Origin: Planctomycetota bacterium
Lineage (GTDB): Bacteria > Planctomycetota > JACOTG01
Reading direction: 5' to 3'
Length of the DNA: 64,000 bases
Assembly: GCA_016178505.1 (NCBI GenBank)
Contig: JACOTG010000048.1
Span: 5,110 to 69,109, forward strand
Each line of letters begins with the position of its first letter. Position 1 is the first letter of the stretch. Below the pieces are notes generated by a model. The model made no database searches. It was given only the letters and a program-made list of their open reading frames with translations, and was not told the origin of the DNA. Shown in pieces: positions 1 through 8,222 of the stretch. A program made the position numbers and the translations under genes.

Positions 1-418
1 CGGGCGCGAGCTGATGCTTCGCTATCGAAAGCAGTTCGAGGCGGCGCTGGACGCCATCGAAGCGCGCACTCCCGATCCCAAGCGTCGTCTCAAGGCGTTC
101 ATCGAACTCTTCGTTGCCACGCTGCGGATGGGCGATCGCATGTGTCTTTGCGGAATGCTCGCCGTCGAGTACGGGACGCTTCCCCGTGACGTTCAGCTCC
201 AAGTGAAGGAGTTCTTCGGCGAATGCGAGCGATGGCTGGCTCGAACGCTCGACGAGGGCAGGCGATCGAAAGTGCTCTCGTTCGACGGCGAGCCGAAGGA
301 CGCCGCGCGCGTGCTGTTCGCCACGCTCGAAGGAGCCATGATGTCGGCGCGCGCGTTCGGCGACGAGTCGCGCCTCGCGTCGGCAGGCCAATGGATGTTG
401 AAGGCGGTTTCGAAGTGA
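1..418 (+). CDS. TetR/AcrR-family transcriptional regulator, C-terminal ligand-binding domain only (5' end and HTH lie upstream of the window)
   Basis: ORF 14..418 translates to an all-helical TetR_C-like sequence (KRRLKAFIELFVATL...). No HTH is present, so the gene must begin before position 1. The annotated Met is probably internal. Confidence 0.5.
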   Translation, partial: GRELMLRYRKQFEAALDAIEARTPDPKRRLKAFIELFVATLRMGDRMCLCGMLAVEYGTLPRDVQLQVKEFFGECERWLARTLDEGRRSKVLSFDGEPKDAARVLFATLEGAMMSARAFGDESRLASAGQWMLKAVSK

Positions 419-472
419 GTTCCTTTTTTTGGATCTCGGTACCTACCTAGTGATAGATAGAAAGGAGAGCCC

Positions 473-1270
473 ATGAAACTGACGTTCGGTATTCTCCTCG
501 TCGTCGTCGTCCTCTTCGCGACCTCGTGCGCTTCGAGCCGACTCGGTGGTGGAACGGCCTCCAAGGGCGAGTCGTTCGACCTCGAAGGCTGGCGTCTGAT
601 CGGTTGCTGCTGCGGGTCGCCATGTCCGTGCCGCATCAACAAGAAGCCGATGCGCTGCCACGGCTGCGATCACACGGACGTCATCCACATCGACAAGGGC
701 TACCTCGGCACCACCGACGTGAGCGGCATCACCTGGGTCATCGCCGGTCGCGGCTTCGGCGAAGACGTGAACCAGAACTGGGTCTACGTCTACGTCACCG
801 ACAAGGCGACGGACGCGCAATACAAGGCGCTCGGCGACATGCTCAACGACGACGTCAAGTCTTGGGGCGACAAAGCGGCGTTCCTCGCCGGCAAGTTCGT
901 CGGGATGCGCAAGGTGCCGATGACCACGGCGCTCAGTCCCGACGGCCTCGGCTACTCGTGCAAGATCCCCGGCATCCTTGACATCGAGACCTGCGCGATC
1001 GTCAACCCGGGACGAACCGAGCCGGTGAAGAGCTCGGGGATCATGGACGCCTGGGGCGACTCGTTCACTCAATGCAACGCGAAGGTTCACACGCTCAACG
1101 ACGCGTCGATCGGCTACTCGTGGGACCTGAGCGGACTCCAAGCGAACTTTGCGAACTTCCACCTGACCCCCGAAAAGAAAGCGGCGGGCGGCGGCTGGGG
1201 CTGCTGGACCGCGAACGCCAAGTACGGCGACAACTCGCCGTACCAAGAGCAGCTGCACGACCACAAATAG
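473..1270 (+). CDS. DUF1326-family lipoprotein
   Basis: Strong RBS AAAGGAGAG 4 nt before the ATG. Signal peptide with lipobox LFATSC. The CCCGSPCPC...HGC cysteine motif resembles the DUF1326 signature CxCxxxCPC. Confidence 0.55.
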   Translation: MKLTFGILLVVVVLFATSCASSRLGGGTASKGESFDLEGWRLIGCCCGSPCPCRINKKPMRCHGCDHTDVIHIDKGYLGTTDVSGITWVIAGRGFGEDVNQNWVYVYVTDKATDAQYKALGDMLNDDVKSWGDKAAFLAGKFVGMRKVPMTTALSPDGLGYSCKIPGILDIETCAIVNPGRTEPVKSSGIMDAWGDSFTQCNAKVHTLNDASIGYSWDLSGLQANFANFHLTPEKKAAGGGWGCWTANAKYGDNSPYQEQLHDHK

Positions 1271-1417
1271 TCCGCCACCGAACGAACGCACGAAACCGTC
1301 TCGCCACGCGCGGGACGGTTCTTTCGTCTACCGCGAACGATCTCGCCGTCGCAAACGGCGAGAGCGCACCGCGGCGCGGGAATCGAGCGACGCGCGGTTG
1401 ACCGCGCTTCCCGGGTC

Positions 1418-1753
1418 GTGCGAGATTCGTCCGTCATGTGGATCACTCAGGAGGAAGCGAAGCGGCTCGCCGCGCTTCCCACTCCGCCGGGCTACAAGAC
1501 GCAGTCCGCCGACACGAGCCCGGCCATCGAGCGCATTCTCTTCGCGGCGTACGCCCGCATGCCGATCTCGGAGAAGGCGCGGATGTTCGCCGATCTCTGC
1601 AACGCGTGCGAGCAACTCGGCCGCGCCGGCATTCGGCAGCGTCATCCGAACGCTACGGAGCGGGAGATTCGACTGCGCCTCGCTTCGCAGCGCCTCGATC
1701 GCGAGACGATGATCAAGCTCTTCGATTGGGATCCTCTCGCGGCTGGGTACTGA
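1418..1753 (+). CDS. small hypothetical protein, possible partner of the downstream nucleotidyltransferase
   Basis: 111-aa ORF whose stop abuts the TTG start of the next gene. No recognisable domain. The start could be the internal MWITQ Met. Confidence 0.35.
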   Translation: MRDSSVMWITQEEAKRLAALPTPPGYKTQSADTSPAIERILFAAYARMPISEKARMFADLCNACEQLGRAGIRQRHPNATEREIRLRLASQRLDRETMIKLFDWDPLAAGY

Positions 1754-1754
1754 G

Positions 1755-2345
1755 TTGACCAACGATTACGTCCGTACTGCACTCGTCGTCGCCGGCATCT
1801 TCGACCGACTGGACATCCCGTACTTCGTGGCCGACTCGGTCGCGAGTTCGCTTCTCGGGGAGATTCGTTCGACGAAGGACGTCGACTTCGTCGCGGACCT
1901 GACCGAGGATCGGGTCGACTCGTTCGTCGCGGCGATGGGCGCCGACTTCTACGCGGATGACGCGACGATCCGCGATGCCATTCGCCGTCGAGCGTCGTTC
2001 AACATCATCGACCTTGCAACGATGACGAAGGTCGACGCGTTTCCGATCCGCGACCTCCATGCTCGTGAGGAGATGCGGCGGCGACGGCGAACGGCGATTG
2101 CCGACTCTCCCGTTGAATCACTCTTCTTGCCGACTCCCGAAGACATCGTGCTCGACAAACTCGAGTGGTATCGCCGCGGCGGCGGCGTCTCGGACCGGCA
2201 GTGGCGCGATCTGCTCGGAGTGCTGAAGGCCCAGGCCGACAAACTGGACCTCGAGTACCTTGAGCAATGGGCCGAGTCGCTCGACTTGTCCGATCTCCTG
2301 GCCCGAGCGTTGGCCGAGGCCGGAATTCCACAGCGACCGCGCTAA
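1755..2345 (+). CDS. nucleotidyltransferase-fold protein (minimal NTase / AbiEii-like family)
   Basis: The N-terminus GIFDRLDIPYFVADSVASSLLGEIRSTKDVDFVADL fits the hG[GS]...DhD NTase motif, followed by a helical C-terminus. TTG start 1 nt after the upstream stop. Confidence 0.5.
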   Translation: MTNDYVRTALVVAGIFDRLDIPYFVADSVASSLLGEIRSTKDVDFVADLTEDRVDSFVAAMGADFYADDATIRDAIRRRASFNIIDLATMTKVDAFPIRDLHAREEMRRRRRTAIADSPVESLFLPTPEDIVLDKLEWYRRGGGVSDRQWRDLLGVLKAQADKLDLEYLEQWAESLDLSDLLARALAEAGIPQRPR

Positions 2346-2452
2346 TGAGAGTGGCGAATCGCGTCGCAGAGATTCGGCGACGGACCATTCTCGTGAAGGG
2401 ATCGGCGAGTCTTGAAAGGGACGTCGTTCTTGCAGCGTCGACTTCATTCCGT

Positions 2453-4984
2453 CTATTCTTCCCGCAAGAGCCGGAGAGTCTTCACATCAATCTCAGAAAT
2501 CCGTGGACCAAACGTTTCACGAAACGCCACTGCTGTGCGCGTGAGCCACTCGATGGCCCCCTGCCAGGTTCCGCGTTCGATGAGCCGGACCTCGTGCGTG
2601 AGCTTGATGCGCTTGTTCCGCTTGTCAGGCCTGGCGTCCCATTCGAGCGGAGCACCGATCCCATCGTCGATCGCCTCGCGCGCCTTCGCCAGTTCCTTGA
2701 ACACCAGACTAGCATCGTCCCCGGTCAGCATCATCGTGACGCATACGCGGTGCTCCGGGACGACTGCGGTCAGTGACAGGTACATGTTGGTTCGACCCAG
2801 GGCGATGTCGTAATAGTGCCGCGGGTGTGGAGATCGGAGGTTGGGAAACTTGCCTGTCGCGGCCAACGCCGGCTTCATCTGAGTCCAGAAGTCGAGCTGC
2901 AACTGCTTCAGTTGAGTCGGTGGATCAGCACTACCAGCCTCATTTTCGTCACCAACGCGTCCGATAGAATTGTATACGACCTGCCATTCGTCAGGGCCGA
3001 TGCCTGCAATCTGCGCCGCCTGCACGCACAGCCTGTGAATCGATGAGGCTGAAAGGTTTGTCTCTACATAGGCACCGTTGTTGAGGCGCCTAGGGCGGCT
3101 TGACCTGCGGAAGCTACCGGCGTCGAAGCTCACCATCCGCGGCAGATCGGCGACGACCCGCTTGAACTCCTCGTCGCCAATGGCGGCGATGCTCTCCAGC
3201 ATCACGATCGCTACTTCAGCCCAGGACTGAACGGGGGTCGAGTGCTCGCGGACCCACACCAGGTTGGGCACCGTTCCCTTCACGGACACCTGATCTGCTT
3301 CGGCGGACTCGACTGACTCCTGTTCGGGACCGAAGTACGGCCAGAGTAACACTGCGAGTTCGGTCAGAACTTCAGATCGGCGCTCGATCTCTTTCGCCGT
3401 CCAACGATCAACCTTCTCGAAGTAGCGATTCAACTCAATGTGACTCACTGCGAAAAGCTGCTTCTTTTCAATGAACGGCGAGTTGCTCAGCTCTGGGTTG
3501 TAACTGGTGAGGGTGAGGTTCCCGAGGGTATGGAGCAGGGCCTCGTGGTCTTCGTCCCAGGTTTCACCGAGCTCCGCCTTCCAGCCATCAGTGAGTGACT
3601 GCGGCATGACGTGCTCGATGGATAGGCTCGACGTTTCGACCCGCTCCTTGTGTCCCAGTCTCCCCTCCAGGCACTCTAGGATTAGGCGGGTCTTCTCTCG
3701 CCGCTCACCACTGCCATACAGCCGCGCGGCCGCGAGACGGTCGCGAAACGTGTCGTCGCGCGGACAGTTCTTGCTGGCAAGAATGCGTTTGATGGCCTCG
3801 ACGAAGTCGGATTCCGACCCAGCCTGATCGTAAAGCGGCGCGAAGATCTTGTTGAGGCCATGCGTGGGGACGCCGACAACGAACCGGCGAACGATGAAAT
3901 TCTCGATCACATCGAGGATAGCGAGTAGTTCGGGTTCGGCGCGACTGCCGCTGGCCATATCAGCGTATACGCGCAGCACGAACGGGTACGCGACCGTCAC
4001 TTCGAGCCTATTCAGGCGCAACAACCGTTCGCGGAGTGCGTTGCTCGGCGCCTTCTCAGGGCGCAACAGCACCTCATAGAACTCCGAGAAGCGATTGAGC
4101 CGTGTGAGGTGCTCGAGTGGCGACTTGGTGGAGTCATCGTCGACGATCGCCTTCAGCCCCGAGTAGACGTCGGACTCTCGCACGACCGTGCCGGACTGAG
4201 TGAGATAGTGGCGTACGAAGTCAGTCAACGCCTCTTCTCCGAGACGCTTCTGCATCGGCCGCCACAGATCCAAGTAAACGCGGTCGTGCTCTGGCTCGGG
4301 GAGGCGCATGAAGAAGTAATTCCGAATGAGGTCGGCCTGCGACAACGGGCGCCCCTTGCCGTTAAGGCTCTCGAAGATCCGGTGAGGATTGTCCTTCTCG
4401 TCAAGGATGATGCTTACGAGTGTCAACCTTGAAGTAATCGCTCGTTGAAGCGCTTCGAGGTTCGATTGATCCCCACGTCGGAGCTTAGTCGCGAAGAATC
4501 CGTAGGCGGCGTTGATGCCAGTCTTTGATGGCCGCCGCTCACCCCCTTCGATGAGGCGAATGAACGTGTCGCGATCGCTATCTGCCGGATCGTCGCCTTG
4601 CGTTGGCAGCAGCTTGTAGCGGTCATGGCCTTCTTCGTGTCGATTCGTGATGAGGTCCTGAATCTTGTCGGCGAGTTTGCTTTCTCCCACGTTACGCGCC
4701 TGATCCCGCACGAGTATGAGCAGGATGATCAACGTCGTCAGGCGCTGCTGCCCATCGATGAGAAGGCGCTTTTCAACACCTTCGGGCACCGAGCGGGCCG
4801 GTGCGGACACGATCGGCCCGAGGAAGTGGGGCTTGGAGTGTGGATCGTCCAGGAGCTCTTCAAGATCATGCCAGAGTGTCTTCCACTGTTCCTCGCGCCA
4901 CGAATAGGGACGTTGGAAATGGGGGATGAGGAATTGCTTGCTGCCCTCGAGGACGCGCTGAATCTTCGCTTCGCCGGCTTCCAT
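2453..4984 (-). CDS. GmrSD-like type IV restriction-family protein (N-terminal DUF262/ParB-like NTPase and DUF1524 His-Me nuclease) with a roughly 250-aa extra C-terminal region
   Basis: 843 aa. FQRPYSW and IDGQQRLTT are DUF262 motifs. The downstream SIEHVMPQSL region is DUF1524-like. The gene lies in a segment of visibly lower GC than its flanks. Confidence 0.75.
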   Translation of the reverse strand: MEAGEAKIQRVLEGSKQFLIPHFQRPYSWREEQWKTLWHDLEELLDDPHSKPHFLGPIVSAPARSVPEGVEKRLLIDGQQRLTTLIILLILVRDQARNVGESKLADKIQDLITNRHEEGHDRYKLLPTQGDDPADSDRDTFIRLIEGGERRPSKTGINAAYGFFATKLRRGDQSNLEALQRAITSRLTLVSIILDEKDNPHRIFESLNGKGRPLSQADLIRNYFFMRLPEPEHDRVYLDLWRPMQKRLGEEALTDFVRHYLTQSGTVVRESDVYSGLKAIVDDDSTKSPLEHLTRLNRFSEFYEVLLRPEKAPSNALRERLLRLNRLEVTVAYPFVLRVYADMASGSRAEPELLAILDVIENFIVRRFVVGVPTHGLNKIFAPLYDQAGSESDFVEAIKRILASKNCPRDDTFRDRLAAARLYGSGERREKTRLILECLEGRLGHKERVETSSLSIEHVMPQSLTDGWKAELGETWDEDHEALLHTLGNLTLTSYNPELSNSPFIEKKQLFAVSHIELNRYFEKVDRWTAKEIERRSEVLTELAVLLWPYFGPEQESVESAEADQVSVKGTVPNLVWVREHSTPVQSWAEVAIVMLESIAAIGDEEFKRVVADLPRMVSFDAGSFRRSSRPRRLNNGAYVETNLSASSIHRLCVQAAQIAGIGPDEWQVVYNSIGRVGDENEAGSADPPTQLKQLQLDFWTQMKPALAATGKFPNLRSPHPRHYYDIALGRTNMYLSLTAVVPEHRVCVTMMLTGDDASLVFKELAKAREAIDDGIGAPLEWDARPDKRNKRIKLTHEVRLIERGTWQGAIEWLTRTAVAFRETFGPRISEIDVKTLRLLREE

Positions 4985-5270
4985 GTCGTGCCGATGTTAT
5001 CCGCACCGGGTCGCGACCGCTACGGTGAGCAAGCCGAATCGGCGCCCGTTCCCGACGTCGAAGGCAATGTGCGCGTCGCCTACTGTGTTCGAGGCGTCGG
5101 GACTACTGGAGTCGCCGATCTGCAGCCGAATCGATAAGCCGCTCGCGCGGCTGGCCCCTGGCTGAGACCCACATCTCTCGACTCACTCGCTGGAGGCGGG
5201 GCACGGCGCCCTCGTCTGTCACGCGAATCGGTCGGCATCTCGAGCGCGACGGTGACTGCGATTGCGAAAT

Positions 5271-7673
5271 CTAGCGCGGGCGCTTTCTGAGGTGCAGGGC
5301 GTTGTCGTATCGGTACAAGATCTCGAGGGTCAACACGTTGATCGCCGTCTGGTAGAGCGGTCCGGTCCCGTGGGACCAGCGGTCGCGGACGAGCCAGCCG
5401 CCTTTCGAGCACGACGTCTCCGATTTGTCTTGAAGGCTGAGAATCGACTCGGACACCGCCTTGTTCCAAGGTCCCCAGTACTTGCCCGTCTTGCGTGGAC
5501 CGTCAGGACCATCGAACAGGTAAAGTGCGAGGCTGCCGAAGTACCAGTAGTAGTAGTCGATCGAAAACTTGTCCTTGGAGATCAACGGAAGGTCCTCGAG
5601 GAGCTGCTTGGCAGCGAGATCGAGGAAGGGATCATTCGGGTTGTGCTCGATGAACGTGCGAATGCACACGCCGAGCGCCGACATCGTCGCGACGTGATAG
5701 TCGTACTGGTCGCCTGGACCGCCGATCGTTCCGCCCGCTCCTTCCGGAGCTAGATAACCAACCAAGCCGTTGCCGTTCTGCGGGGTCACCCATTTCACGA
5801 AGTCGAGAGCACCGTCGAACGCGCTTTGTGGAACCTCGAAGTCCGCGAGGACGGCCGACTTCAGGGCCATGATCACCCAGCACGTCACGGACGTGTCCGC
5901 TTCGTGAAGGAGCTTCTCGTAGGCCGCCGCTTCCCTGGGGTCATTGACGTCGCGCGGCTTCGTCTTCTCGAGGTCGAACCGGGGTCGGTACCGCCAGCCC
6001 CACAGGGCTCCGGAGCCGTTCGGGTTCTGGAGCTGCGCGTCGACGAGAAATCGGACGGCGCGTTGTGCGGAGTCTCGCCAAAGTGGATTTCGCGTCAGTC
6101 CGTAGGCTTCGCACATTGCGAGGGTGGCGATCGCTTCGTTGTACATCATGAAATTGCGCTGATCCGAGAAGGAGCCGTCCTCGTTCTGATGTTGTGTCAG
6201 CCACGAGAGTCCTTGCTTCACGGTGTCCCGAATCGTGAGGCGCTTTTTCGTGACGGGATCGACGATCACTTGTCGAGACTCGTCACTGTAGCCAGCACCG
6301 AGGAATGCGAGCAGGGCCAGCCCTGTGAGGCCCTCGACAGCCTCGGGCGCGAATACTTCGTCCTTCGCAACGCACGTGGATTCGGGGAGGCAGCGCTCGC
6401 TCAGTTTGTCGGCGCTCCAGGAGCCGTTAGGGTTCTGATGACGCATGAGCCAGCGCAGCCCCTCGAGGACGGCCTCTTCAGTTCCGCGGGTCTGCGTCGC
6501 CGGCGACTTAGCGGCGACTGGCGCGGGTCCAATCGGCTGCGCATCGTCGGTCGTCGCGCACGCCATGGACAAAGGCGTCACCATCGCGAGGGCGCCGACA
6601 AAAGCGAGCGCCGCGACGCCGCGCGACGGTTCGCGCCGGCTCCGCGTCGCATCGAGGATTGCTTGGAGCCGGGCTTCGATCTTCGTCGAGCGCGCCATCG
6701 CGATTCCGGCCGCGGTCGACAGCGCGTGCCAGCGCGCACCCGATGCGACGGTGAGGAGATGCTCGGCGTAGTCCGTCGGCTCCGATCCGGAGCGCAAGAC
6801 CTGGTCGTCCGCGGCGCGCTCGCGCTCGACGCAGAGTCGCCGCGTCGCGATCCAGACGAGCGGATGGAACCAGAAGATCGCGGATGCTGCGCGCGCGAGC
6901 AGCAGCGTCACGCCGTCTCGGCGCCGGACGTGCGCCAGCTCGTGCAGGATCACTGTGCGCAGGCGATCCGTCGGCCACGATTCCGCGTCGTGCGGCAGGA
7001 GCACGGTGGCCGTCCTTCCGCCGAACGCCATCGGCATCGCGCCACATGGTCCCTCGATGAGTCGAACGCGTGAAGAGATGCCCAGCTCGCGTCGAATCTC
7101 GTCGAAGACCGCGTGGCAGCCGCCGTCGGTCACGCGGCGCGAATGCTCGACGAGCCAGCACATCCGCGCCCATCCGGCGAGAACCCAGGCGATCACGGCG
7201 AACGCACCGAGTGCCCAAGCGATGAGGAGCCACGCGCGAGGATCGACGAGCAAAACGTTCGGCGTTGCGCTTTCCGCGCGCGCGCCCGCAGGGTGAACGG
7301 CGGCCGCGCGGTCGATCCCGTCGAAACGCTTGGCCGAGTTCCCCGCGATCTCATGGGTCGACGCGTCGTGATGCGCGGCGGGGACGCCGGTGCGCGAACG
7401 ATCGGGCTCGACGGATGAAGCGGCGTTTCCGAGCGATGGCGGCAGCACGCGCCACAAGGGCAGCGTTGCGGAAAGCAGCGGCAGAAGAAGCACTCCGCCG
7501 ATCGCCGCCGTCCACACGAGATGGCGCGTCGCGGCCGACGCGCGTCGCAATGCAAGCGTCGTCACGCTCGCCAGCGCGAGGAGAACCGCGCCCTTCCACG
7601 CGGAGTCGACGAGAACCGGCAGCCACCTCTCGACGAGAAACCCGATCGACGACTGAATCCCCCAGTCCGTCAT
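5271..7673 (-). CDS. BlaR1/MecR1-family M56 peptidase (membrane signal transducer) fused to C-terminal prenyltransferase/squalene-cyclase-like alpha/alpha-toroid repeats
   Basis: The six-frame ORF 5271..8126 overlaps blaI. A real start at ATG 7673 (MTDWGIQSS) lies 2 nt after the blaI stop. Transmembrane helices, an HELAHVRRRD HExxH motif, then the repeats GLRWLMRHQNPNGSWS / GLSWLTQHQNEDGSFS / VRFLVDAQ. Confidence 0.75.
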   Translation of the reverse strand: MTDWGIQSSIGFLVERWLPVLVDSAWKGAVLLALASVTTLALRRASAATRHLVWTAAIGGVLLLPLLSATLPLWRVLPPSLGNAASSVEPDRSRTGVPAAHHDASTHEIAGNSAKRFDGIDRAAAVHPAGARAESATPNVLLVDPRAWLLIAWALGAFAVIAWVLAGWARMCWLVEHSRRVTDGGCHAVFDEIRRELGISSRVRLIEGPCGAMPMAFGGRTATVLLPHDAESWPTDRLRTVILHELAHVRRRDGVTLLLARAASAIFWFHPLVWIATRRLCVERERAADDQVLRSGSEPTDYAEHLLTVASGARWHALSTAAGIAMARSTKIEARLQAILDATRSRREPSRGVAALAFVGALAMVTPLSMACATTDDAQPIGPAPVAAKSPATQTRGTEEAVLEGLRWLMRHQNPNGSWSADKLSERCLPESTCVAKDEVFAPEAVEGLTGLALLAFLGAGYSDESRQVIVDPVTKKRLTIRDTVKQGLSWLTQHQNEDGSFSDQRNFMMYNEAIATLAMCEAYGLTRNPLWRDSAQRAVRFLVDAQLQNPNGSGALWGWRYRPRFDLEKTKPRDVNDPREAAAYEKLLHEADTSVTCWVIMALKSAVLADFEVPQSAFDGALDFVKWVTPQNGNGLVGYLAPEGAGGTIGGPGDQYDYHVATMSALGVCIRTFIEHNPNDPFLDLAAKQLLEDLPLISKDKFSIDYYYWYFGSLALYLFDGPDGPRKTGKYWGPWNKAVSESILSLQDKSETSCSKGGWLVRDRWSHGTGPLYQTAINVLTLEILYRYDNALHLRKRPR

Positions 7674-7675
7674 GG

Positions 7676-8065
7676 TCAGCGTCCTTTCTTTCGGGCGTCG
7701 CGAATCAAGTCGGCGAGTCGCGCCAGCTCGGTGGCGTCGAGGTCGGTCGCGGCATCCGTGAGGTGCGACGCGAGAGCCTTCTCGAGAGAACCGGCGAAGA
7801 ACGTCTGCAGCACGCGGCGGAACGCGGATCGGGCGGCCAGCGCTCGCGGCCGGCTCGGCCGATAGAGATAGGTCTTGCCCACCTCGCGATGCTTGAGGTG
7901 TCCCTTGTGCTCGAGAATTCGGAGAAGCGTGCGCACCGCGGTCTTCGTGGGAGCGTCGGGCAGGCCTTCGCGGACCTGCGCGGCGGACGCCTCGCCGCGC
8001 ACGTAGACGACGTCCATGATCTGTCGCTCGCGACGGCTCAAGTGCTCGAGGTGATGGCCGGCCAC
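7676..8065 (-). CDS. BlaI/MecI/CopY-family transcriptional repressor
   Basis: 129 aa. LSRRERQIMDVVYVRGEASAAQVRE is a winged-helix penicillinase-repressor motif. GTG start with RBS GAGGAGG. Lies immediately upstream of the M56 gene. Confidence 0.8.
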   Translation of the reverse strand: MAGHHLEHLSRRERQIMDVVYVRGEASAAQVREGLPDAPTKTAVRTLLRILEHKGHLKHREVGKTYLYRPSRPRALAARSAFRRVLQTFFAGSLEKALASHLTDAATDLDATELARLADLIRDARKKGR

Positions 8066-8134
8066 GCGGTTTGCCTCCTCCTTGTGGATAGGCCAAAAAA
8101 TTAACCGATGAAGGAGTGGCCGTCAATGATTGAA

Positions 8135-8149
8135 GGCCAAAATTTTGGC
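8135..8149. promoter_or_regulatory. perfect palindrome GGCCAAAATTTTGGC in the blaI promoter region, a candidate BlaI operator
   Basis: 14-bp perfect inverted repeat about 70-85 bp upstream of the blaI start. A second GGCCAAAAAATT half-site-like copy lies about 25-40 bp upstream of the start (8091-8102). Confidence 0.3.
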
Positions 8150-8164
8150 TCGTCGAGCGCAGAG

Positions 8165-8203
8165 CGAAAAAAAGGGCGACCCGCCGCGCGGCGGGCCGCC
8201 CCT
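8165..8203 (-). terminator. rho-independent terminator downstream of the 8223..9476 gene
   Basis: On the minus strand, GGGCGGCCCGCCGCGCGGCGGGTCGCCC forms an approximately 13-bp GC-rich stem followed by TTTTTTT. Confidence 0.5.
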
Positions 8204-8222
8204 CGAACTTCGCGAGTCGCGA

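Noticed and set aside
5271-8126. The 951-aa six-frame ORF taken at face value as one gene.
   Set aside because: Its first 151 codons overlap blaI, which is in another frame. The BlaR1-like protein clearly begins at MTDWGIQSS (ATG 7673), 2 nt after the blaI stop.
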